Shown here piece after piece: positions 1 to 64,000 of a stretch of 64,000 nt of DNA. Under the pieces are notes generated by a model, which had not been told where the DNA came from, ran no database searches, and saw nothing but the letters and a program-made list of their open reading frames with translations. The DNA lies in contig CM059432.1 of assembly GCA_030390025.1 (NCBI GenBank), positions 127,350,001 through 127,414,000 on the forward strand, written 5' to 3'. Numbering within the stretch: position 1 is the first letter of the stretch; each line of letters starts with the position of its first letter. This DNA is from Squalus acanthias. Taxonomy: Eukaryota. A program made the translations under genes and the position numbers.

Positions 1-1043
1 GAAATAGAGTTTGTTGGAGCGTAGGGGCATTCTCTGCAGTACAGCCTAAGGAGCTGGGAGACACCAAACTGAGGCACTACACTGCCACCACTCGTGGGAG
101 GGTGTAATTACACCATGGCAAATTTACACAGGCAGTTGCCATCATGGATGCGGGCATAAGAATTTGTAAATGGAAAAAGTTGACATAAAAGTGTGACAAA
201 AAATGTGACACAGGAACATTTTTTAGACAGAAAATGTGGGCAGCTGTAATATTTTAAAATATATTTTAAATGGATACCTAAATAAACAATTTAATGTGCT
301 CCATGACATATTCTTGTGTCAGTGCAACTAAATAAACAACATTTTAGTCGATGAAGGTAGCGGTAGACCAAACTTCATTGTTGTGCTTTTGCTGAGGTTT
401 GATGAAGTGTTATGCCTTTCCTGCCAGGTCTGAGCTGGACTTATAGGTGACAGGTGCCTAGGGCCCTTAAGTATGTGCAAGCTGGAACACATCCTGCTTG
501 ATTGGACCAGCTCTCCCACCCAGTTAATGAACTTAATCAAAGTTTTTTCTGACAACTTCAACAGCCCACTTCTGGTATCGGAAACAAGTGTTGGAAACGT
601 GTGAGCTCTATCCTCAAAAGACAAATATTTCAACACATGCAGCATGTGTCACCAGTTCAAATGTTAAGGATGGAAACCAGACAAGATTATGTCAAACACA
701 TGGGAACTTGCTCCCATTGTGACCTGAGTATTCTTTAAAAAAAAAGTTGCAAGAAAAATATTTGCTGCTTACGAAAAGTGCTAAGAAAGAGCACCTTTCC
801 ACGATGACTTTAGTTAAAAGGACTTATATTTGGGAACACTTATGATACAAGCTCCTTTAACTAAAAGAAATAAGAGGAGATGATTGCATAAAATGATTTT
901 CTACCAGGCTTAGGATGTGATCCCATTTCTTTAACCAGCTATGATCAGTAATGCTAACAAGTGATTATTAACGAATAAAGTGCTGTGTTTCTAACCGTTG
1001 TCTCTACATTGTTAACAGTTGTGTTTTGAACTTCTTGTATTGA

Positions 1044-54511
<53,468 letters not shown>

Positions 54512-55507
54512 TAAGAGTTTAATTTGATTCAAATTTACTTTTTAAATTAGAGAAGTGGCTTATTGGAAACTAGGATTAAAATGTATTTACAATCTTACTG
54601 AGATTTTATAAAATAAAACAAATTTAAATGTTGGATTAGTTGTTACACAAAATCAGGAACTCACTGTGTGAGGAATCAAAGGTACAAAACTTCTGTCTTA
54701 CTCCAATTATTAGCACAAAAGCCTTCTCTGCCATTAAATTGTCTTTTGCTCACATACTCCTACTTTGGAAAAAATACATTCATGTTTTACATTAGCTGTT
54801 GAACTATTAAACAATGAATTTAGAAATCCCAGCGTGCACAAGAAACTAAACTGCATTTGTTCAATGAGTAAACAGTGCGTCCACAGATATATAACTGGCA
54901 GCAGGTGTGTATTTGGAATATACACATACTCTGTATAAGTTCATCTATTCATGTTTGATGCGGTTACAACTACATCCTATCACAAAATTTTAAGCAATTA
55001 GTAAAATGGTGTAATCTTGGAGCATAGTGAGGCCTTAATGATAGTTTCTCTCAGTTCATTACAGTTTGGAGAAATGCTTTGGATTCCCACTCATGATGTG
55101 TTTGTGTCCCTTACGTGTATTTTTCATACCCTGGGCAATGTTTAGGAATACAGACAGTGTACATTGTCCACATGCATAGCCTCAATTTATTTCAACTTCT
55201 TTCAGTGTTGGAGTATTCCCTAAAAGTGAACACACACGTGTGTGTGTGCGTGTGTGTGTATATATATATATGCTGTGCACGCACACAGATACAAAACACA
55301 TTGAGTGATGAATTGGGATTCTACAGGTTAATTTGGATAAATTCCGATTCAGATTGCTTGTATGAATAAAAATTGTTGGTGCCTCACAGTTGCTCTTCAA
55401 TTTTGAACATAAAGTGTATGTGCCATTCTCCGACCCCGCACCCCCTCTCCCCCTCCCATGCAATCTTGGCTTGTCTAGTGGCAAGTTAGCTGAAGTGCTT
55501 GGACATA

Positions 55508-58070
55508 GGCCTAGAAATTCCGATATCGGTTAAAAACCTGCTGGTGCCACCGTGGGCCGGTGTTAACTGAAGCCGGAAATGATGGCGCTGGCAGGTCCGG
55601 TAAATTGGCGCTGGTGCCTAATTAACATTAGCCCAGTGCTAAACTTACCGTGCAAGGCTGTTTTGATGCCGTTCGTCCTGACAGGAAACCCCAATGTAGC
55701 GTGGCTGTAGCGTTATTGCAGCAAGAACAGCCTTCTCTTAAAGTAAAGCTGTCATTTCAGAAAGCTATTCGGTCACTTAAAGGGGAACTGACTTCTGAAA
55801 TGAAAAAAAAAATCACGTAAAAATATGCAGTTTTTAAACCCTTACAGCTGAGCTGTGTTCTGAAAAAAAAATTAAAAAGAATTCTCAAATGGGAGTCTTC
55901 AGCTCTTAAAGCTGAATTGCCTTCCGCACCTAAAAAAAATGGGAGAAGTGCTTCAGCACAAATACAAATGGCTCAGCAAGCCAGGGAAGGGGCACCCAGG
56001 GTCTCGCACGCAGCACTCCAGCTTTGTGCAGGGGGTCAACACTGCAAGAGAGGTCCTCTAATCCACAGGGGCCAGGAGGACCTCCAGAAAGGACGATGTG
56101 GGACCTCATCACCGAGGCCATCACTGCCAGCAGTGTCGCCCCCACCACCTGGCTCCAGTGCCCAAAGAAGCTTCATGACCTCAGACCACTGGTCAAGGTC
56201 AGTGAATACATCCTCAAAAGTCATCTCCTACCAACTGCACCACTAGCCTCACACACTGCTCAATGCATGACTCCCCCTCCACTCACCTACCAACAATCTC
56301 TACTAAACACGAGGCACACCTCCTATTTCTAGCTTCACCTCACCCACTTGGCAGGGGCATGGCTGAGCCCTTGGCCAGCAGCGAGGCTGAAAGGATACAA
56401 GATGCTGGTATCCTCATACATTATCCTCCTTCTCACATGCACCTCTTGCTTTCCCGCCCTCCCCTCACAACTCCACACTTGTGCCTTCCTCATTTCACAC
56501 ACCCAAGGAATGCAGCCTGCCCAGCCAGTGGTTGACCAAGAAGAGGGAGAGGAGGCTGGGGGGTGACTTAATAGAGGTCTTTAAAATTATGAAAAATTTT
56601 GATAGAGTGGATACAGAGGGAATGTTTCCACTTGTGGGGAAGAGCATAACTAGAGGCCATCAATATAAGATAGTCACTAAGAAATCCAATAGGGAATTCA
56701 GAAGAAATTTCTTTACCCAAAGAGTGGTGAGAATGTGGAACTCGCTACCACAGGGAATGGTTGAAGTGAATAGTATAGATGCATTTAAGGGGAGGCTGGG
56801 CAAGCATAAAAGGGAATAGAGGGTTATGCTGATAGATTTAGATGAGGAAAGATGGGAGGAGGCTCGAGTGGAGCATAAACACCGGCATGGACTGGTTGGG
56901 CCAAATGGCCTGTTTCTGTGCCGTATATCCTATGTAATCCTATGTAAGAAGAAACCCCGTCACTTGATTTGACACTCCCAGCCCCCAGCTCCTCAAGGTC
57001 GACCTGCAAGGCCATTTGCAGTGTCCCCCACTGAAAGTCAGCAGCCTTCCACCAACCATGCTGCAGCCACTGGGGTAGCACTGCGTGACATCAGTTGGAT
57101 AGGCAAAGGCACACACAAGACAATCACTAAGGGAATGCATAAGGGTGATGAGTTGATTTCTTAATGTCATATTTAATGGATAAATGTATAAAGTTGGATT
57201 GGAAAGTTTGCTTTGTGGTGGCTTTTATTTCAGCATTGTGGTCAAGAGGTTGCTGTGATGGTCAGTAACAGAGGGAAGGTAAGGTGTGGGACAAATGTTG
57301 AAAGGGCAATTGGAGTTGTAGGCACTGCTACCACAAGCAGATGATTCTATCCCGGATATCCCGGCCAGAAAGGGGCTGTCTGGGTTGCATCCTACTTCTG
57401 CTTCCTCCTCTTCTGTGTCTTCCTCTTCAGCGTCTTCCTCTTCGGCATCTTCCTCTTCCCTCTGCGAGGGGATGCTGTAAATCTGAAATAAAAGCATAAA
57501 ATGCTGGAAATACTCAGCATCTTGCCCTGAGACGTGAACTCTGTTTCTTTCCCCATGGATGTTGCCTGACCTGCTGAGTATTTCCAGCATTTTCTGTCTT
57601 CTCAGAGGCCTTCCTTTACCATCCGTGGCCTTGCAAGTGTCCGGCAGATCTCCTTGCACACTTAAAAAAAAACTTTTAACATGTATTGCACCAAGCCACT
57701 ACATCAATAAAATCAAAAAAATCCAGTCCAAAAGCATAAATGCAAACTTACCTGAAAGATGTGTGTGTCCATTTAAGAAGTGCTGACAGCATCTCTGTCT
57801 GTCTGCTGCATGCTCACTTTCCTGAGCAAGCTTAGGTCCCAGTGCTAAACTCAGCACTAAGGTCCAAGTTTGCAGAGCGTGACGCCAGTCGGCATTGACG
57901 TCACGCTCTCCATATTTGCATCTCCAGGGCCAGCGCTGCTATCGGCAGCGCCAAGGCCCTCACCAAAATGGTGGCCACCGAGTCTTGCACCAGAGAAGGG
58001 CGTTAGGGTGGCGGCTGCCATTTTTCGCAAGGATTCCAGCACTAACGGGTGGTGGTAAGGAAGGGAATTT
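55508..58070 (+). mobile_element. Non-autonomous Harbinger derivative, copy 3, with nested CR1 fragment
   Basis: Left end ggcctagaaatt; collinear with copies 1 and 2; right end indistinct. Confidence 0.8.
56553..56946 (+). mobile_element. CR1-type LINE 3' fragment, same subfamily as 5625-6144
   Basis: Very similar sequence and identical atcctatgtaatcctatgta tail. Confidence 0.9.
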
Positions 58071-58289
58071 TTGTTTTTACATATCTGAAAGTGTCATTTT
58101 TCTTTCGATTTGTGCTATTTGTTATTTCAGCTCTAGTTTTTGCCCAAATGTTTTGGCTACCACATTTTTAGTTGCTACAGTTAGAATTTTGAAACTAGGC
58201 ATTGCAATGATGGTTCATCTTTTGCTGTGTTATTTGGGGAATAGGCGAAAGGAGGAATGCGAGGCAGGTCACGGTGCATCAGAGATAGA

Positions 58290-58600
58290 CTACCCTTACT
58301 CATATACCCTTACCCACAAAGTTGCATATACAGGTTGAGGCCACACTTACCTTGTAATGTCAGGGGCAGACTGCCTTTGCATGCGAGGCTTCACTGGGGA
58401 GGCAGTGGCGGAATTGTGCCTCTCCTGGACCCTAACTTCTAGCCAACTTCCATCGCATCGATGGCAATGGCATTGGTTGTTAAGGTCAGCACATCCCTGA
58501 ACTTTTAGGTGTCTGGCTCATTCCAAGCTGCCACAGGGAACATCAGCAGCAGCAGCAGACAATCAGCAATTCACCGATGTAGCAAGCAGGTGACTCGTGT
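58290..58600 (+). pseudogene. Ancient Harbinger transposase N-terminal fragment
   Basis: PLLDPNF*PT...ALVVKVSTSLNF*VSGSFQAATGNI parallels HLLQPDLQPQ...SVAVKVTVALNFYATGSFQAAVGDL. Confidence 0.65.
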
Positions 58601-58687
58601 TGCTTGACGGGGCAATCAATTCCATCACTTCCCACGTGGGCGCCCAGCAGCAGAATGAGAGAGCTGTGCAATTTGTTTGAGACATCA

Positions 58688-59258
58688 GGGGCCAGATTTT
58701 GACTATTGGGTGGCCTGCCAGTAGAGCACGGCAGCCGACTGTCTGATGGTACTGCTGGGAGCCTGGTCCGTTTTTAGGGCTGGGCCTCATTACCATACAC
58801 TCGGCAGGCTGCGGGCCTCCGGGGAAGCTTGCCGGCTCCAATCTGGCAGAATATTGGGCAGCCCCAGGCTGGAGAGAAAGGTAGGTCGGGGGTGTCCGCC
58901 TGCGCTGGTCAGAGGAACGGGTGCGGCAGTGGCCCAGATTATTTTTGCACAGCCCAGAGGAGCACTCCTGCTGCTCCTGGTCCCACAAAAATAAATAAAA
59001 ACCTACCTTTGGGCTCCTCTTCAGAAGTCCATGGCGCACGCTCCACCCAGTTTAGTTCTAAAGTAGCAATCAAGGTCCCATCTATGTCATAGGACCCCAA
59101 TTCACATATTAAAAGGGACTACTGCCCGAGCCAGGCAGATGCATTGGCCCCTTTGAAGGGGGCAGCAGCCAGAGCACTGGCCTAAACGGGGCAGTGAGTC
59201 ATTTTCAGCTCTCTGCCGCCCCATTTAAGCCAGTGGGCCCAAGTTAAAGTCTAACCCC
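58688..59258. mobile_element. Probable old Harbinger-type MITE
   Basis: ggggccagatttt ... aaagtctaacccc; no clean TSD. Confidence 0.5.
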
Positions 59259-59890
59259 ATGATTTTCCAAAGTCCAGGACATCACAGACTGTGCAGTCCT
59301 CTGGCGGCTCCTGCACACAATCCAGTGTTCGGGGTTAACCTTTTCTATTCCCTGTACAAATTGTCAAGTGAGTCTAAGGGGTAAAAATTCAGTTGGTTGC
59401 GCCTCCCGTTAGCGCCTTAAGAGGGCGCTAATGGGGCGTTAAGGCACAAACGCCCGGGCGCAGCGCTGTTTGCGCCGCTCGAGAACTTAACTTGAGATTG
59501 TGCGGCGGCGCTAAAACTTACCGCTGCGACCACCTGCGCGCGCAGATTGTGACGTCATTCCATGGTGCAACGCCCTTGGGGCGCCCCGGAGCGGAAATTG
59601 AGTGGCGCCCCCTGCCTTACCGCCTGGCGCTTCCAACGACCGGAAAACTGGAACGTTATCAATCGGTGTGGGGCTGGGGGGGGGCGCTATTTAAAGGGGG
59701 CCTCTTCCTGTCTTTTTCTGTGGTCGACATTTATGCACCACTCGTTCTGAGAGAGAGAGAGAGATTCGGAGAGAGAGAGAGAGAGACTTCTACATTGACT
59801 CAACGCTTTGTGAGGTAGTTTTGCCTAGTTCATCCTAACTTTGCTGCTACTTTCGTTGCTGTACCTCATTACTTTTCTGGCAAAGAGAAT

Positions 59891-61051
59891 ATGGGGGCTG
59901 CAATGATTGGGGGCGTCGTCCTGCTCCAGCTCAATCGGAGGATAGTGAGACGCAGACAGAGAGTGGCAATGATGGCCAGACGGAGGAGGGCCATCAGGCG
60001 CATGTACAGGAGAGCTTACCCTCCCAGGGTATATCGTGAACAGCTCTCCTACATCCACATGTCCGAGGAGCTGTGTTTGCGAAGGCTGCGATTCAGCAAG
60101 GAGGTGGTCACTGAGCTCTGCCACCTGCTGCAGCCAGATCTGCAGCCTCAGCTGAGGTCCAGGACGTCTCTGTCGGTGGCAGTGAAGGTCACAGTGGCTT
60201 TGAACTTCTACGCCACTGGCTCATTCCAAGCTGCTGTTGGGGACCTCGCCAATATCTCCCAGTTTGCGGTGCATCGCTGCATCCGGCAGGTCACCAATGC
60301 CCTCTTCACAAGGAGACGAGACTTCATCTCCTTCCCTATGACCCCAGACAAGCAGCATGACCGTGCTATGGGCTTTGCGAGGGTCGCGGGCTTCCCCATG
60401 GTGCAGGGCGCCATTGACTGCACGCATGTGGCTTTGCGTGCTCCGCGAGAGAATGCAGAGGAGTTCCGGAACAGAAAGGGGTTCCATTCCTTGAATGTGC
60501 AGTTGGTCTGTGACCACAGACAGGTGATTCTCGCTGTCAATGCCCACTATCCGGGCAGCTGCCACGATGCTTTCATCCTGCGCCAGAGTACTGTGGCAGA
60601 AATTTTCGAGGCACCGCATCAGCCAGTTGGTTGGCTTCTGGGGGACAAGGGGTACGCATTGAGCACCTGGCTGATGACACCGCTCCGTGCGCCAAACACC
60701 CCTGCTGAGCTGCGGTACCAGGAAAGCCAACAAGCAACCAGGAACATTATTGAGCGCACAATCGGCGTGCTCAAACAACGATTCCGCTGTCTGGACCATT
60801 CCGGAGGAGCCCTGCAGTACTCGCCTGAGCAAGTTTCCAAATTCGTAGTGGTGTGCTGCATGTTGCACAACATGGCAATCCTCAGGACGCAGCCAATGCC
60901 ACCAGGCCTTGCAGCACCACAAGAGGAGGAGGAGGAAGAGGAGGAACAGGCCGAGGACGATGATCAGCAGCAGCACCAAGGCAGGAGGGCGGCCCACAAT
61001 GGTCAAACTGCAAGGGCCGTCCGTCAACGACTAATAGCAAGCCGCTTCTAG
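59891..61051 (+). CDS. Harbinger/HARBI1-like DDE transposase, 386 aa, intronless
   Basis: GAIDCTH, NRKGFHSLNVQLVCD, PGSCHDAFIL, LLGDKGY, RNIIERTIGVLKQRFRCL, VVVCCMLHN. Confidence 0.95.
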   Translation: MGAAMIGGVVLLQLNRRIVRRRQRVAMMARRRRAIRRMYRRAYPPRVYREQLSYIHMSEELCLRRLRFSKEVVTELCHLLQPDLQPQLRSRTSLSVAVKVTVALNFYATGSFQAAVGDLANISQFAVHRCIRQVTNALFTRRRDFISFPMTPDKQHDRAMGFARVAGFPMVQGAIDCTHVALRAPRENAEEFRNRKGFHSLNVQLVCDHRQVILAVNAHYPGSCHDAFILRQSTVAEIFEAPHQPVGWLLGDKGYALSTWLMTPLRAPNTPAELRYQESQQATRNIIERTIGVLKQRFRCLDHSGGALQYSPEQVSKFVVVCCMLHNMAILRTQPMPPGLAAPQEEEEEEEEQAEDDDQQQHQGRRAAHNGQTARAVRQRLIASRF

Positions 61052-61345
61052 GGCCCCTGCCATTGCTACAAACACGAATCAACCCAGCACGCAACCCCTA
61101 AGCCGGCCAAGGCACCAATAATTCCAACCACCAGCCATGTATATTTTGAATACAGAAACTTATTTATTGTACAAACTCTGTGTGTGTCAATTCCTCATGA
61201 CAAACTCATAGAAATAAACACAAAAAAACAGTCAATAACATAACTGGTTCTCACAACCTGGAGATAATGTCCAAAACACTAAACAAAAGTTGGGCCATGA
61301 ACCTCGGCCTTTAATAAAAAAATGACCAGCATTTTGGCACACCTC

Positions 61346-63342
61346 CTACTTTTTGCCCTTCGAGGGTGATCTCCTTCCCTTGCGCACTTCCCCCCTTCTA
61401 ACCCTACTGCTCCTCCGTAATGGGACCTCAGTGGCTGCAGCAAGGCTGGTGGAAGGCTGCTGCTTGTCAGACCCTGACACTGCAGATGCCCCTGAAGGAC
61501 GGCCTCGACCACTTCTGGGCCTGGAGGGCCCGGCTGCAGACTGCACCAACTCTGCATGGGCGGCAGCAGTCTGTCCTACAGGCGGTGGCAAGTGCAGTGG
61601 AGAAGTGACAGTGTTGGCAGCAGGAATGCTGTCATCGTGAGAGAGGACAGCAACTCCCTGCTCGCCCGACACACTGGCACTCCCACGGGGCAGCACTTCA
61701 GCATCCGGAGCAATTTGCCGGAGAACAGATTGCTGGCCTGCTGCGGCGCGGTGACAGCCCCGGGGACATGTGCACGAACCATCGAGGATGGCAGCAGTCA
61801 GTGCTCGCGTGGCCTCAATCTGAGTCTGCATGAGAGCAGTCTCAGATGGGTTCCTGGCAGCCAGTGACTGAATTGCAGCACTAAGCTTTAGTGTGGCATC
61901 CGCCTGTGCTACAGCGAAGTGCTCCACACTCCTTGCCAGTGCCTCAATGCATTCGGGCACCCTTCCCACTGCACCCATGAGCTCAGTGTGCATGCCCACC
62001 GCCTGGCTGTTCATTTCTGCAATCAGCCGCTCCTCCTCTGCGTCCATTGCATTAGGAGTGTCTGGCATACTCTCCTTCTGGGGAGAAGGCTCCCGTTCTT
62101 CCCTCCCCCCTCCATGGCGTGGCTGCAGCCCGCTGGGTCCTGGAGCTTCACCATCATCAGCCCCTTCCCCCCTGCTCCCCCGTTCTTCCCTCCCCCCCCA
62201 ATGGCGTTGCTGCAGCCCGCTGGGTCCTGGAGCTTCACCATCATCAGCCCCTTCCCCCCTGCTCCCCCGTTCTTCCCTCCCCCCCCAATGGCGTTGCTGC
62301 AGCCCGCTGGGTCCTGGAGCTTCACCATCATCAGCCCCTTCCCCCCTGCTCCCCTCCGGGGAAGGCGTGTTCCCAGTGTGGCCATGGGCTTCCTCGTGAG
62401 AGGGTGGCACTGATGCTCCGGCTTCCTCTTCCTCCTCAGCTGCAGCATCACTCCCAGTGGCAGCTTCAGGGACCATCTCCTCAGCTGGTGAATCACCATC
62501 TGAAAGCAGGGAGGTACAAGAGTGGCTTTAGCGTGAGGACAGGGTGGCAGTAAGGGAGGAATAAGTGCAGCGAGTTAGCAAGTTGGATTGAAAGTGTCAA
62601 AGGCTGGTATTGTGAGGGACAAGTGGAAGGACAGAGGACAAAAAGGTGATGACCTTACCATTGCTGTCCACAACGGGGTCGGCGTCCCCAGTGGCGACGG
62701 GACCGATCACCCGGCTTGCCACAATCCTGTGGACGCGCTCCTCCAGATCGCTGAGGGGTTGCAGCTGAAGCCGCCCTCCACCCGTCCGTTGCTGCTGTCT
62801 CCGATTATGAGCCAGCTTAGCCTGCAAGAAAAAGGACAGCATCTGAGTCAATATACAGCCATGGTCTTGCCTGATGTGCCTCCCATAGGTGAATAGCCCT
62901 TACAATATGCAGCCATGGTCTTGCCTGATGTGCCTCCCATAGGTGAATAGCCCTTACTGTATGCAAAGTGTGGAATGTGTGTGTGTGTTTGATGAAAGGG
63001 CCATAGGTGTTGCATGAGTGTTGTGCATTGGGGTTTTAAGACCCTCTGGCCATATAGTGAGGTTGAGATGGAGGGATGGAGAGGTATTGAGAAAAAGCCA
63101 CTCACCCTGATGACCCGAGTGAGGTCGTTGAATTTTTTGCGGCACTGAACATGGGTCCTGGGCACCATGCTCCTGGAGGAGACGCTCTGAGCCACCTCCC
63201 TCCACACTCTTCTGAACTCGCGTGGCAAAGGCCTCCTGCCACTCTCCGGGAACAGCATGCATCGTCTGCGCTCCACTGCGCCAACCAGAGCATCCAAGGC
63301 CCGCTCGGTGAAGCGATGAGCGCGTTCTCTCACCCTCTCCAT
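61346..63342 (-). CDS. Harbinger Myb/SANT-like DNA-binding protein, 3 exons (63342-63106, 62821-62659, 62499-61346), about 517 aa
   Basis: MERVRERAHRFTERALDALV...WREVAQSV...RTHVQCRKKFNDL|AKLAHNRRQQQRTGGG|DGDSPAEEMVPE...; GT-AG introns, phases 0 and 1 consistent, no stops. Confidence 0.9.
62094..62354. repeat. 87-bp coding tandem repeat x3 (29 aa)
   Basis: cgttcttccc recurs at 62094, 62181, 62268. Confidence 0.95.
62850..62957. repeat. 54-bp tandem duplication in intron 1 of the Myb gene
   Basis: aatat(a/g)cagccatggtcttgcctgatgtgcc...cccttac twice. Confidence 0.9.
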
Positions 63343-63724
63343 GCTTGGCAGCAAAATGGATTACAGGTCTCTCCAGGCTGAGATTCAAGGCTGCAATGAG
63401 CAGGGTGTGGCTGGGGAGCAAGTGGCCCCCCCCCCCGCTTTAAGAAGTGTCCGGCGCCAGTGTGTCTGTGTTCCCTCGCTAACTGGCAGCAGCTGCGCTG
63501 CGCTCGTGCGCTGAGGTAGCGCCTCACTCCTAGGCCTTTGCGCCTTAAGAGAGGTGTGCAGCGCCTAATTTAGCGCTCCACTCACCTCCCGGGGCGGTAA
63601 AAGTGAAGTTTCCTGTCAGTGCCGATAATTAGCGCCAGGCGCTAATATTTGTGCGCGGACGATATTTGCGCCCCAAATGGGGCGCGACCTAATTTCTACC
63701 CCTAAATGTTTCAAATTTCAAGTA

Positions 63725-64000
63725 TATCCTTCCTTATTTAAGGAAGGATATACTTGCATTGGAGGCAGTTCAGAGACGATTCACTAGGTTAATTCCAGAG
63801 ATGAGGGGGTTGACTAATGAGGAAAGGTTGAGCAGGCTGGGCCTATACTCATTGGAATTTAGAAGAATGAGAGGTGATCTTATCGAAATATATAAGATAC
63901 TGAGGGGGCTCGACAAGGAAGATGCAGAGAGGATGTTTCCCCTCGTGGGGAAATCTAGAACTCAGGGGCACAGTCTCAGAATAAAGGGTCGCCCTTTTAG
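63725..64000 (+). mobile_element. CR1-type LINE fragment running off the window
   Basis: PYLRKDILALEAVQRRFTRLIPEMRGL...RRMRGDLIE. Confidence 0.9.

Larger units (their letters stand above)
59378..63702 (+). mobile_element. Apparently intact autonomous PIF/Harbinger DNA transposon (4325 bp)
   Basis: taa|ggggtaaaaatt ... aatttctacccc|taa (12-bp TIR, 1 mismatch; TAA TSD); two intact convergent genes. Confidence 0.95.

Noticed and set aside
300..900. Possible ancient transposase remnant or upstream FER1L6 exon; small hairpin near 805-868
   Set aside because: Only faint motif-like traces in conflicting orientations and no ferlin-like translation.
59891..61051. Calling this the host gene HARBI1
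   Set aside because: It lies between TIRs with a TSD and a Myb partner inside an intron, so it is a transposon gene.
60208..61094. Antisense ORFs up to 268 aa over the transposase
   Set aside because: Shadow frames of a GC-rich coding sequence with no recognisable domain.

Overview
Eukaryotic (cartilaginous fish, shark-like) genomic DNA. The backbone is the middle-to-3' part of a type II ferlin gene on the + strand, best matching FER1L6. I can reconstruct 18 GT-AG coding exons between 1048 and 54510 with consistent reading-frame phases; the gene starts before and ends after the window. The introns are packed with mobile elements. These include one apparently intact, autonomous PIF/Harbinger DNA transposon (59378-63702; TIRs, TAA TSD, 386-aa DDE transposase, convergent 3-exon Myb/SANT gene), a deleted relative, many Harbinger-type MITEs and deletion derivatives, and a Penelope-like retroelement (RT + GIY-YIG). 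There are also CR1/L2-type LINE fragments, Deu-domain and V-domain SINEs, a small hAT-like MITE and G-rich minisatellites. The most notable structure is non-coding: several minimal type I hammerhead ribozyme motifs at Penelope-type termini (including a 338-bp near-perfect palindrome with one hammerhead on each strand), a 1.5-kb A-B-A'-B inverted duplication of a MITE, and a three-copy chimeric Harbinger derivative in which a Penelope hairpin end replaces the transposase core. All family assignments come from recognised motifs, not database searches.
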